The position numbers and the translations under genes were made by a program. Shown piece by piece: positions 35,762-48,590 of a stretch of DNA of 64,000 nt. This stretch comes from Bispira polyomma. Its lineage: Eukaryota. Numbering within the stretch: position 1 is the stretch's first letter; each line of letters begins with the position of its first letter. The stretch is from NCBI GenBank assembly GCA_965649765.1, contig OZ287755.1, forward strand, positions 59,644,001 to 59,708,000. The letters run 5' to 3'. A model generated the notes under the pieces. It did not search any database and was not told the origin of the DNA. It was given only the letters and a program-made list of their open reading frames with translations.

Positions 35762-38245
35762 CACAAAGACTAGGATTGTGGCTGTATATACGTTATATAT
35801 ACACCCATACTGACGGGATATATCTATTTCTTCTAAATTGCTTAAACACACGCCTTCTAATTTTGGTTTCGACCACTAGACGGCGCCACACTACAGTGTG
35901 TTTTTTTTTGTAAACAAGAAGACATATTAAACAGAAGATAGCTACAATTTTTCAAAACGATCGGTAAGAAATGGTGAATAGAAACTAAATTATCTTTATT
36001 CAATAAAAATATTAACGTTGTATAAAAGTTTGACAAAATAATCACCTTATAAGAACATATAGCGAGTCTTCGATAGCTTTCGAAACCAACATATTTGTTG
36101 TAAATAACAGATGATAAAAAAATGAAAATCTAGGCCGTTTCCAATGCGCTTGCGCATATCGGGTCAAGGTGAGACCTCTTAACAATATTAATTGGTTTTT
36201 TAATCGGCCAATCAGGAACTCGCCCCATCTGAGACCTTATTATTACTTCAAAGCGATGCCGAGTATTATACAGCAAGTTAATTACAAGATTCATCAACAC
36301 ATGTTTATCTATCTGTGTACTTACTATACAACTCCATTGTCGCTCATATACACGTGCTTCACGTTCCAAGGATGGAAAATTGGGTTGCGTATATACCCAA
36401 ATATGAGTATTAATGAAGAAATACTTTATTATTATTTCATCATATAGAAACAATTAATGAAACTTCCTTAAAATGGCTTTGATCTTTGACTCGGGAACAT
36501 GGATAGTTTTCGTGTTTACAAAAATCAACAAAGTTACCATTAAAGCTAACGTTTTCTGTGCCAATAATATAAAATATTTTTATTATGATCAATTATTAAA
36601 CATATAAAAGGGTACTAGCTCCTCATTCATTTTTAACCCAGATGGGAAAACACAGCCCTTCAAAGGCAGACAATGAAATGATGTTTCTGCACATAATGAA
36701 ACCGATAAATTGGTGTCACGAATATATCCTGGTATATGGTGGTAGTTTTCTTGATTTTCACTGCATTGAATGGCTCTATCATCAATCAATATTTAACCTA
36801 AATTTTTCGTTTTTGTATCATCAGAAAGCTATTAATCTGTGCTATTCGACAGTTCCAGCTGTTTTTAACCCTAATTAATATTATCTGAGATAATTGCCTA
36901 AAGCGTTGTAAAAATCTTAAAAGTTTGGAGATAAATAGGCATTGATCAAATTATGATTTCTTTGTAATTAGGTAAGCCAAAATTTTATGATTTCTATGTC
37001 AAAAAAGAGAAAGTAATATACTTTTTGACCCTTTTTACAGAATAAAATTCCATTTAATATTGATTGAGATATTATAGTCTTTATTTTATACATATGTCTT
37101 CTATTGTGAATATGGTGCATGCAGAAACGTCTTTTTATTTATGCTATAAGGGTCTGGTATTTGGAACAGTTCAAAACTGCCAATAGCGAAAATAAACTTC
37201 TAATTAGTAAAACATTTACCTTAAATTTTCAATGAAGGGTGATTATGTGATGAAATAGCAACTTAATAGTTGTAAAACTAATTGGGCCTGTATATGCAAA
37301 TTAATTGTGTTTGTTATATATGATATAAGCGGCTCATTTTCGTACACAGTACAAACTATAATAATGTTGAAAAGTAACTTCTGAATAGTAAAGCATTTGC
37401 CATACATTTATTATGAAAAGTTATTGTGTGATGAAATATTCACTCAATAGTTGTAATACAAGTGTAGTGTAAGTTTAGTAGTAAAACTTCATGCTAAAAT
37501 CGGAAAATTTTCAATTTTCGCCCATGCTTTTTGGACCAATTTTTAAAAGCCCAAATACTAGGACATCGGTTATATAGTTTGTGTCTGCCTTTGCTACTAA
37601 TCACAAAACTGAAAGAATTTTTTAATCAATTATTAAGGAAGACATGAGCATTGAAAATTTTTACACACGGTAAGTATGGTACCAAAATGCAGTTCATTCC
37701 ATTTTTTCGGCCTTCAAACAAAAATATTCATTGAAAAAGTTTTACAACAATTTTCTTAATCAATGAAATCGCTTCATACTGACAGACCTTGAGCTAATTA
37801 AGGGGTGCTGTTATTAAAAACTTTTCTCCGAAGATATGATAAATTCTACCAAAATCCAAATCATAGTCTCTGATGGATCTCAATAAAATTGTCAAAATAT
37901 GACAATCTTGTTTGAAGCTTCTTAAAGGAATACCAGACATTTCGACCTACTTGACGATAGACTAGTTTTTAATCAAACTTTTCGACCCGAAAGCTATAAC
38001 AGCTGACAAGAAAAGGAAAATATTAAAATTAGATTTGGAAATCATTGCTTACTGCTTGTGGGTAAAATTTGGTACCTTTGGCAGCCAGACGTTTCAATTG
38101 TCACGATTCGATCCATTATGGCGTTTGATATAGTATAAGTTATACATTGACAAAAAGACAGATAATATTTGTTTACTTTTAGGTAGACAGCTTGAAAAAT
38201 AGATACATGTCTCCGAAATTTGTGACCGCAAGGTCGCTAAGTCAT
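35412..38245 (+). mobile_element. Non-autonomous Helentron-type element, copy B
   Basis: 5' TTTTT-ATCTCGGAGGGCGGAGC (degenerate palindrome). The first ~500 bp are the reverse complement of 13830-14258. The 3' end has CTCCGAAAT plus the hairpin GTGACC-GCAA-GGTCGC. Confidence 0.8.
35687..35757. repeat. (TA)n microsatellite inside element B
   Basis: Read directly. Confidence 0.98.
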
Positions 38246-38349
38246 GTTTTATTTTGTTTGTAAAATAAGAGTTAACCTTTGACCTCGCAATTACCGCATA
38301 TTATTTTGTTTTGTCCATTTTTTGTGGGGTCAGATTTGTAGGTTTCAAT

Positions 38350-38352
<3 letters not shown>

Positions 38353-38405
<53 letters not shown>
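38353..38405. repeat. (TA)n microsatellite inside element C
   Basis: Read directly; same position within the element as 35687-35757. Confidence 0.98.
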
Positions 38406-38408
<3 letters not shown>

Positions 38409-38706
38409 ACAAAGACTAGGGTTAGGAATATATATATATACGATATGTATACACCCATACTGACGGGAAAATCTATTTCTTCTAATTTTGCTTCTAACTT
38501 GCAAGAGCGCATGCCTTCTAAATTTGGTCTCGACCGCTAGACAGCACCACACTATAGTCTTTTATTTGTGTACAAGAAAGACCTTAAACAGAAGATGAAT
38601 TCTATTTTTTAAAACGATGGGCGAGAAGTGGCAAAAAGCCAAGAAATTGCCGTAATTCAATAAAAACATTATTATTATATGACAGTTTGACAAAATCTCA
38701 CCTTAT

Positions 38707-40547
38707 CCGCTCTCCCCATAAACCACTGCCTTACTTTTTTGACCAAAAAATTTTTTATAGAAAAAATTAGCAACATTCGTGGCGCCTTCTTAACGATACA
38801 TCACTTCAGTCCTCCAGCCCCAGGATATAAGGTTTGTAACCTGTTTCATTTCAGTACACTGTCAGAGTTTGAAGTTCTGAAACTCATCTAATCCTCTACT
38901 ATTAAATCTTGTGAATTAGATCCCATCCCAGCAGTTATTCTAAGTCAATGTCTTGACATTCTAGTCACACCCATAACAAACATATTAAATTTTTCTCTTA
39001 GGGATGGTGTTCTTCCTACCTGTTTCAAGACAGCAAATGTAACTCCCTTGATTAAAAAACAAGGGCTTGACAAAAACCAGCTCAAAAACTACAGACCGGT
39101 GTCAAACCTCAGCTTCGTCTCAAAAGTTATCGAGAAAGCTGTAGCTCAACAAATTTCTGACCACCTTAACAGACAAAACATTGAAAATTGACACCAGTCT
39201 ACCTATAGAAAATTTCACTCTACAGAAAGTGCTCTTTTTTCCATCAGTAATGATATCAATCTTGCACTAGACCGCAACGACACAGTGGCCCTCACCCTTC
39301 TGGATCTCTTAGCTGCATTCGACACTATTGATCATGTCCTGCTTTGCGACACTCTCAAGCAGTGGTTCGGTATAAATGGCAGTGTCCTTGAATGGATCAG
39401 ATCCTACCTTACTCTTAGGACACAAAGAATTACATTAGATGATCACCTACCATCCTCCATAAAGCTACCATATGGAGTACCCCAGGGATCCGTCCTTGGC
39501 CCTCTACTTTTCACCCTTTATACCCATCCTCTCAGCACTGTCATCAATAAACACAGTATAAAACACTACATGTATGCAGATGACACTCAAGTCTATCTCT
39601 CTCTCAATCCACAAAATGCAAATACAAACATAGACCTACTTGCAGACTGTCTGTCTGATTTCCAGGCGTGGATGAACTACTCCAAACCAAAACTTAACCC
39701 TGACAAAACAGAATTCATCCTCATAGGAAACAAGAAAAACAGTAGACTCCTAATATCTTTGTTTCCCATCTCCATGCTGGGAAAAGACATATTACCTTCC
39801 GAAAATGCTAAAAACCTGGGTGTTACTTTCGATTCAGCTTTTTCGTTCGATACTCATATTGCCAACATCTGTTGCTCCTGCTATTACTACATATGCAACA
39901 TCAAAAGAATCAGAAACCACTTGTCCATGGACACAGCGAAAACTGTGGCAAATGCCCTTGTGAGTAGCCGCATCGACTACTGCAATTCTTTCTTGTACTG
40001 AGCAAACAAGTCACACATTAAAAAGCTCCAGTCTATCCAAAACTACCTATGTAGGGTCATTTTTCGCATGGGTTGTCGCACAGACGTCACTCCTTACCTC
40101 AAAAAATTTTATTGGCTGCCTATTGGCCTTTTGTTTAAGATTCACGTTACTACTTTTAAGGCTGTAGTCACTCAACAGCCCCCCTACCTTGCCTCTCTTC
40201 TTTCTTTCAGTAACCGCAAGAGAGGCAACAAACTCTCGGTCACTTCGGTCAGACCAATTAGAAAGGCGGGATTGAAAGCGTTCTCCAGTGCAGCTCCACA
40301 GTTATGGAACAGTCTCCCAGTCGACCTCAGATCAGTTGACACACTTATCGGTTTTAGGAAAAAGCTGAAAACCTATCTTTTTAATCTTGCCTACCCACCT
40401 TAGCTTCCCTCGTGCACGCTCCCACTTCCTTCCTTACGACTTTGCAATGTCCATGGACTTAATGATGGGACCAATGATTCTGCTGTTGCGCTTTAGAAGA
40501 TGCCTAGCATCAAAAAAGCGCGTTAAAAATCTATAATAATAATAATA
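38707..40547 (+). mobile_element. 5'-truncated L2/CR1-group LINE (family A), best-preserved copy
   Basis: [23 protein letters not shown] 39285..40001 (AAFDTIDH, GVPQGSVLGP, YADDTQ), ORF 40068..40403 (WNSLP..LR..FRKKLKTYLF), 3' stem-loop GCGCTTT..GATGC-CTA-GCATC..AAAGCGC and (AAT)n tail. Confidence 0.96.
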
Positions 40548-41789
40548 TAGTGGCTTTAATCCATCAAAATTTCTTTAGTTTGCGAGACTTCGGTAGCTTC
40601 CGAAACTACCATCTTTGTTGTATATGAATACCTTGTAAACAGATAATCACAATATGGTGACTGACCTAATTAAATGACGTGAGATGGTGATTGGCTGAAA
40701 ATCTGGGCCGTTTCCAATGCGTGTGCGCATTAAGGTCAAAGGTGAGACCTCTTAAATAATATTAATTGATTTTTTAATCCGCCAATCAGGAACTCGCCCC
40801 ATCTGAGACCCTATTTTTACTTCAAAGCGATACAAGATTCATCAACCCGTGAATATCTATCTGTGTACTTACTACACAACTTCAGTTACTGCCAATATAA
40901 ACAGATTTGAAAGAATATATTATTATACGTTTTTTTTTAACATAATTAACCAAATCATTTATCCTAGGCGAGACGGGATTGGTTGAAAATTAAGGCCACC
41001 TATAAAAGCATGGGTATTTTCCAGCGATAACCACACTTTTATGGCGGCTCACGTTTTGTAAGGAAAGTTGGGACAGCCTTTCAGTTGTTTTACTTCAGTG
41101 ACAACATAAACCCTAACAGTGCTTTGATATGGTTTATAAAAGGATATGATGGCTTTTCATTTGTGTAGCATCAATGGCAGATTATAACTTTGATTTTTGG
41201 TGAGTCGTTTGTTTGGTCTGTGAGCGTGAGCGAAAATAGAAGATACTAGACACTGTACCTTTGGTAGCCAGACGATTCGGTCCGTTATGGCATTTGCCAA
41301 GATGTTGTGTCTATTTATATACCGCTGACATGTAAACAAAACATCAAAATATCTCACTGTACGCAGCTTCTAACATATTTTACTACAGTCACAGTTTGTC
41401 TTCTACATTTTCATTGGTTCAAAATCAAAGAGTTGTCCGATGACAACCAATCAACGGTTAGCTTTCTTCTAGTAAATCACAAGCGCCACCTGGCGAGTGT
41501 GATATTTGTTACTACATAGAACCAACATGGCATAATAATACAGTGTATAATACATTCAATTCTTAGGCAAACAGCTTGAAAAATAGATACATGTCTCCGA
41601 GATTTGTGACCGCAAGGTCACTTCCTCTTTTTTCATTAACAAACTTTGCTTACTTAGGGAATCAGTGCCGAGCATGATATTTCATCAATTTGGCACTCCG
41701 CAAATCATTATGGTATATTTCTACAGTCATGAACAGAAAAATTACAACTTAGAACACCAGATAAATGTAATTTAATTTAATACTTGTTT

Positions 41790-41955
41790 TTTTGTTAATT
41801 TTAACAGGTTAACTGATAGCATGATGGCCATAAGCAAAAGTACTGTACAAACCACTGACCTACAACAAGTACCTGACACCAAGACAAGAATTAGTGAAAA
41901 GGATTCAAACTAACCTTGGTGAGAGGCCAGAGGAATGCATATACTGCACTTGGTG
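41790..41955 (-). mobile_element. SINE remnant
   Basis: AAACCACTGACCTACAACAAGTACCTGACA...AAAGGATTCAAAC...TTGGTGAGAGGCCAG; same family as 62630-62815. Confidence 0.65.
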
Positions 41956-43779
41956 GAATGAATATAAATACATATGACTATCAATACATGCTTTTTCACT
42001 CAGCAATAAACTTCCTATATGATAAAAAATTGTCCCAAATAGTTAAAAATTTTAACAAAATATTTCTAGTACAATCTATAGGTTTACCTGGGTGGCTGAA
42101 GTCAGTCCTATTACAAGGATTACACAAACTGTCCCAAGGAACATTGCAACGTTGTCACACTGGAATAGTTACCAAAACGTCTGTCAACAGTTCTTAATCT
42201 GCATGGCTAGTTAGGCTACTATAAATGTTTAATACATGTAAGAAACTATAACATGTGCACATGTACACGTCAACTCTTGTTTCTGCTGATAAGTAGAAAT
42301 TTTTTTTAACAATCATGACTGATATATATTGTTGCCCTTATGAGAGTATAATATATATAATCATGAATACCCATTGTATCCCAGAAATTTAAACTGTGTT
42401 TTTTTTGTGTTTCCCAGGAGTTAATTTAGATTTTTCTCAACAGCTGCCCCTATTTTATGGAATAGCCTCCCTGTTGAGTTTAGATCACTAGAAACGCTTG
42501 AAATTGTCATATATACATATAACAATAGCAATCAATAGAGTGCGAACCTTCGGCAGTGGGTACAGATCAAAAGGCTCTGGGCCACTGAAGTATTAAGGTA
42601 ACTTATATTTTCGAGTACACAGCAAGTACTCGGCTATACAATAACTGTAATCTTAACAACAAATAAAACCAACAACCAGTGAGGAAACTTTCTTCGTTGA
42701 GGTAATCACAGTAGTTATTATATTGATGAGAACTGTCAGCAGGCCTAAATTTAGTACTTTTCGATATGGTAGTTTAAGTCAGATTTTAAGTACATTGTGC
42801 AATGACATAATCATATGTTCTATGAATGCAAATGCAAACCTTATCCAATATTATGTAAACCCTTTTTTTTTTTACAGATGTACAGTTGTAAATGTGAAAC
42901 AGCATATTTTGACACACAGTCTGTAGTAATCTTTCCTTTACTTACATTGGCAGAATTATTTCAAATTCTGATAAAACTTAGCTCTTATAATTTAAAATAT
43001 ATTATTAGAGACTGTTTGTACTAAATACAAAATTTACGGATCTTATTTAGTTAAATTATTCCTATCCAAAAAAAACACATTAAACCACGTCGTAAGAGGT
43101 GGTATGCATATACCAACAGGTTCTTGTCTAGAAACCTTAATTACACTTGGAAATTTTTCCATTGACAAAAAGAAAAGAACATTTAGTTATGTAATTAAAA
43201 TACCTATAAAATGATATCATATATATATCCGATTGTATGAGCATCAAGTAAATCAATCTGCTTAATATAAATGTGTATCGTGACATTTTAAAAAAATTAC
43301 ACAGCTTGTCTAAATTTGTATATCACATTTCACGCAATCTGTAATGATAGACCATAAATTTGAGTCACATTTTTAGTATGCTCCGAGTTAAAGATTTGTG
43401 CAATACGAAATATTTATTCTAAGCCACTGAATAGTTACAATAACATATATAAATATTTTTTTGTTGTGAATTATCATCAAATAGTAAATGAGGTATAATT
43501 AACTAAATAGTAAATTCCTAAATACAATTGCTATTAGTTAGTAATAATAAATTTTGAATAGGTGAGCATAGGGAAGACTAGACGTGGAAAGGTAAGAACC
43601 AAGATATAAATATGGATAGAAGTTTAGAGTTGGCATGCCCAATGCATCGAATTGCATTGAATTACAAATTCTCACATGAGGACATTCTTATATTTAGAAA
43701 TTGTATTAACACATTGTAAAAGTCCATAATAATACAAAACATTAAGCCATAACTTTTGAGTTAAGGTTACATATATATA

Positions 43780-44135
43780 TAGGATGGCACCATACAGTGG
43801 TTTCTGAAGCCTAACAGTTAGTGTCTGACTTTTGATCTATAAGATCTCAGAGTCCCGGTTTGATCCTCACTGCTGGCCTGGCGATTGTACCCTTGGATAG
43901 GGTGCTTTACACAAGTTGTCCCCCTCCACGCAGGTGTATAAATATGTATCTGTCGTTAATGGCTGTTAGTCTTTGATATGCTGAATGCAGTAGCTTCCCG
44001 GGGGAGCTGAGACTAAACAATTTGGTGACAAGTTGAAGAACACAGACTGGAGTAACAATGTCAAAGCGATTAATTAACTGGGATGTTCATAACTGTGCAT
44101 ATATCAAAAGATAATTATTATTATTTATTATTATA
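43780..44135 (+). mobile_element. tRNA-derived SINE with a CORE/Deu-like central domain and (TTA)n tail
   Basis: B-box-like CCCGGTTTGATCC, then CCCTTGGATAGGGTGCTTTAC...TCCACGCAGGTGTATAAAT...CTTCCCGGGG and an ATT-repeat tail. Confidence 0.6.
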
Positions 44136-44679
44136 GGTGAATCGATATTCACAAAAAGCTATCCACAAGAGAGTTAAGACCAAGTTTAGTCTCAAATTTT
44201 GTCTCAAAGTTAAGATTCGATGGAAAGTATTTGAAGTATTTAGCAAGAAATCTAAAGCATTAATCTCTGTAAATGGAGGTCAATATCAGTTTTATATTTT
44301 CAAATGAACTAGAAATATTTCATAAATTGGTTCCTGCTCATATTATTAAAGTATTTTATAAATAACAACTAAAACATACTTAAGATACTTCCACATAACT
44401 CAGTTTTGTTGTGCGATGATCGGCGACTTCCCAATACCTCTGTGCGATTGTCGGCGTCTAGTCTGAGATCGCTGTGTGACAATTTAAAGACTAGTCGATG
44501 TTTGCCGCACGGTGGTGGCAGGTCCGTTGCAGATCCCTCGGGGAACATATTGTTAGGGGGTATAAATACTGGTAGCAATGCTACAGCTGTTAGTATGAAA
44601 TAGGTTATTGAGCAGTTAACATAGTAGTTATAGATACTAGATAGACAGTAGTAGGATAGTAGTTGCATAGAATATAATA

Positions 44680-45927
44680 ATGGCATTTTTCGGTCCATCT
44701 GCAGTAGGTCAAATGCTGGCGGCGAGAAGGCATCGGCAGCAGGCACCAGGCCTAGTGTTGCTGGCCTACCTCAGGAGGAGGAGGCGTAGGAGTAACAGGC
44801 AGTACTGGGTAAGGCCCTGGGTCAGCAGGCGCTTGCAGCTTGGTGACCATGACAATCTTATGGTGGAGCTGGAGATAGAATCACATGGTGATTTTCTGAA
44901 CTACCTGAGGATGGAACTAGCAATATTCCGAGAGTTGCTGGACAGGATCACCCCCCGCCTGATGAAGAAGGACACCAACTGGAGGCCTGCCCTACAGCCT
45001 GGTATGAAGTTGACCATCACGTTGAGATATCTGGCATTGAGTAACAACTACCACAGCCTGAGCTATGCCTTCAGAATGCCCCACAACAGGATTTCTTTGT
45101 TTGTGAAAGAGACATGCGAGGCCATAGGGGAAGCCTACCGTCCCCAGTAGGTGAATCTCCCCACAACTCCAGATGCCTGGCATGCAGTGAGAGACAGATG
45201 TACAACCAAATGGAACTTTCCTCATATTGTGGGTGCAATCAACGGGACACACATTGCAATCAAGGCTCCTAAGAACTCTGGCTCAGTGTACCACAACTAC
45301 AAGGGCTTCTTCTCCATCATCCTCCTTGGTGTAGTCGATGCAGATTACCGCTTCATCTTTGTAGACGTCGGCAGAAACGGTTCAACATCGGATTGTTCCA
45401 TCTACAACAACTTGGACCTGAAAACAAAACTGGACAATGACACCCTGGGTCTACCACCGGCTGAGCCACTTCCAAATAATATTCCGGGCATCCCTTATTT
45501 CTTCATCGGTGATGATGCCTTTCCCAACGCAACATGACAGATGAAGAGAGAATATTTAACTACAGGTTATCTCATGCTCGAAGGATTGTTGAGAATGCCT
45601 TTGGTATACTTGACAATACGTTTCGCGCCCTGCTGAATACTCTTGAACAATAGCCAGAAACTGTTAACTCAATAGTGTTTGCATGCATTTGCTCACACAA
45701 TCTAATGCACAACCGGTATCCAGCTTTGCAGAATGCGGCAATGGTTCGTGAGGGAAACTATCATTTAAGTTATTCCTGTAGACTGGAGAGATGAAGCTGT
45801 CTTTGCATAGATCCAGAATGTCAGGGATCCCACACAGTTTTCACATAGGGCCAAGAGACAGAGGATATACTTAAAACACTATTTCAATAAGGTTGGTGTT
45901 GTATCATGGCAGAGAGACATGATTTAA
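44680..45927 (+). pseudogene. Harbinger (HARBI1-like) DDE transposase, disrupted
   Basis: RR..WVRPW, F.NYLRM, KL.ITLRYLA, WNFPHIVGAINGTHI (first D mutated to N), YKGFFSIIL, FIGDDAF, FNYRLSHARRIVENAFGIL; TAG at 45148-45150 and a deletion/frameshift near 45540. Confidence 0.92.
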
Positions 45928-46269
45928 GTGACTTTGATTGTGACTGTGTTATCCTATGTGATTTTTACATTATTTTTTTTAAATCAATCAATCAATCATT
46001 CCAGGTTAATTGTTTAGAAAATAAAAGTGTCTGTGCACAGAAGTTTATTTCAGTGTTGTCATTGTGTTTTTTTAAACTAGTAGGGAATAATCTTGAGCTA
46101 GCAAGTGAACCACAGGAAATCACAGTAGGCCACAGGAGACTCTGAGCTTGACCTTATGTGAATTTCATATAATAAATGTTGTGGTAAACCTTAAGCATGA
46201 CACCATACAACATTTATTATTTGAAGTTGGGATTTGTGATGACCTTAAGAGTATAAGCTTGATCTTGTC

Positions 46270-46394
46270 GGATTTTGTGGCTGTGCTAAGCTTATAGTTA
46301 GCCCTGGTCTCACTGATTTTTAAACAATAAATTTAATGAGAACCTAGTCTGTGAGACCAGGGCTAACTATAAGCTTGGCACAGCCACAAAATCC
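46270..46394. repeat. 44-bp inverted repeat (43/44 match, 37-bp spacer)
   Basis: 46270-46313 against the reverse complement of 46351-46394. Confidence 0.95.
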
Positions 46395-46403
46395 ATCTCC
46401 AAA

Positions 46404-46570
46404 AGGTCAAGATTAAATCTAAGTTATACAACAAAGGTCAAGTTCAATTTTGAAATGTTCAATTTGATTAAATCTCAAGTCAAGTTCAATTTTGAAATGT
46501 TCAATTTGATTAAATCTAAGTTATACAACAAAGATCAAGTTCAATTTTGAAATGTTCAATTTGATTTAAT
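46404..46570. repeat. Tandem repeat TCAAGTTCAATTTTGAAATGTTCAATTTGATT x3
   Basis: Read directly. Confidence 0.85.
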
Positions 46571-46641
46571 AAAGATAAATTTTGAATTCATTAATTTATT
46601 TCAATTAAAAAAAGCCTGTAAATAACATAAAATTAATTTAT

Positions 46642-48590
46642 TTACTCTCCCAACCCTATAACAGTCACACTGCCACCACCGATGTCCCCCCTATACTGTG
46701 CGTGGCCACCACTACTTTCATCAGTCGAGAGGATATATGCCATCACATCTGCACAGCCAGTGTCAGTTATTTGAGTAGAGTTCAAGGTGTCCTTTGGCCT
46801 TGGTAACTGTCTAGCATGTTCAATAGGCCAGACGTGTTCAGTGTCCCAAAACTGCTCTGTGATAGGTTGTGCTGTTGGTTCTGTGGTGTTGGTGGGGACC
46901 AGATATTTGGTGGTGTAAATGTACTCAATCCCGCTCTTTGGCCAGGCGGTGGAGAGGCAGGCCGCACCATGGGCTGCAAGAAGACATGTTGGGGTGATGG
47001 CCGCTGTATAGGTAATACCTTCTGACTTCAGCCCAATCCAGTGGCAGGACACCCTGGGGTTGTTGGCCGCAGACACCTGCACCTGATCGTTGCTTTCAGA
47101 GGTGGCAAAATGGTCTGCCAGCTGTATTATGGCATCGTCCACCCTCCGGCCAGTAGCCTTTCCTGGCCTTGGTCTTGAACCCCAGGTGGCGCTGTGCTAG
47201 CTGGGGCCGGCCTGATCAGCATGGCAGGAATCGGAAAATTTGGGGTGCGTGGGACTTGACTCCGCCTGACTTCAATATTGGTAGCTGTGGGCAGATTGGA
47301 AATCTTGTCATCGTCCTCTAAGTCATCAATGTTTGGAAGTGGAGGCGCAATCCCCAGCCTTTGACTCTTAGAAAGGGCCACCAGATGCGCCGTTAGGAAT
47401 TGGAATGATGCTCGTGTCCATCTCTGCTGAGCAGTTAGAGCTTTAGTTGCCTGGCTGGACATTGTTTTCTTTTTCAGTTTGCCATAGATGGTCCTCATGG
47501 ACTTGAACCAGGTGTTAATGCAGTCACCTAATGAAAAGATACAAGTACAGCTGTTAAGTACAATGGTAAGTATTGTGTAAGTATTTGGGCAAGTACATAA
47601 TAATCCCAGTCACAGCAATAGCTCTGGCCTGTAAACAAAATGTTATAATACACAACTACTGGTTACTTGTCAATCCAATAATACTATTAAGCTAAAACAC
47701 ATGCAGTTACACTTGTAATTAGGTTTTTATTATACATTAATGTAAGTTATTACTACCAAGAGCCCGGAGAATACCATTTGACAACTTTCTTATAATTAAA
47801 TACAATCTAAACCCAATGTAAAGCAGAAATACATGCAGCCACAATTTTAATTATACATTAATCTAAGTTATTACTAGCAACAAACCGGATAACAAAATTA
47901 TATGAAAAAATTTACTGACAGTAATTTGATATTTTAAAGCTGAACTGAATTACATAATTACACAACATTTGACTTTTGACAACTTTCTTAAAACTACACA
48001 CATTATAATCTAATAAGCCTAATATAAACCTGAAATATATGCAGTCACAATTTTAATTAGATATAAATGCAACTTACCAGTGAGTCCCATTTTATCTCCT
48101 AGTTTGGCCAGCAGCCGGGACTTCTTGGCCCTGTTCTTGAAGTCTCGCTGTGACTGGTCATAGAACAAAGGCTGTGCCGCAAAGAATTCCACCAATTGCA
48201 GCTCTTGCTCTTCTGACATTTGGTCAGTGACCTTTTGCTTCTTGCTGGCCCCCTAATATTTGTCCTCCTCTGGAGGGGACTGGGGAGGTTCAGGGTCCAC
48301 AGTCCCTGAGGCAAATGTCTCCTTCAACCATAGTTGTTTTAGTATCTGTAGTGAAAGTGGTGGCTCTTCTCTCAGTTGTGACTGTCCCTGTCCCTGGTGC
48401 AACTTCTGGTTCAGTGGTGCCACTAGCCTCAGTTGTGATAATGGCTTTTGGAATCTTTATCACAGCCCCAGCTGACTCAGTTTCTTCCAAAAACATGGGT
48501 TCTTGGGACAGAAGTTCTTCAGTCTCTCCCTTCTTCTTCTCCTTCTCCTTCCCCTTCCCCTCTTTAGTAATCACTTTAGGAGGTATTATT
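46642..48590 (-). pseudogene. MADF/Myb-like DNA-binding accessory protein of the Harbinger element (2 exons, frameshifted)
   Basis: MSEEQELQLVEFFAAQPLFYDQSQRDFKNRAKKSRLL...GLT, intron 47528-48077 (gtaag..ttag, phase 1), then GDCINTWFKSMRTIYGKL...QRWTRASFQFL. Confidence 0.85.

Larger units (their letters stand above)
38246..41633 (+). mobile_element. Non-autonomous Helentron-type element, copy C, head-to-tail with B, 5'-truncated and interrupted by an L2
   Basis: 38246-38706 matches 35580-36050 and 40580-40880 matches 36062-36335. The 3' end is CTCCGAGAT-TT-GTGACCGCAAGGTCAC followed by a T-run. Confidence 0.8.

Noticed and set aside
35613-38552. ORFs with IYIYIY runs (35613, 35645, 38301)
   Set aside because: Translations of (TA)n microsatellites.
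44680-45927. Domesticated host HARBI1 gene
   Set aside because: It has in-frame stops, a mutated catalytic Asp, a linked MADF partner and a TIR-like end, so it is a decayed transposon.
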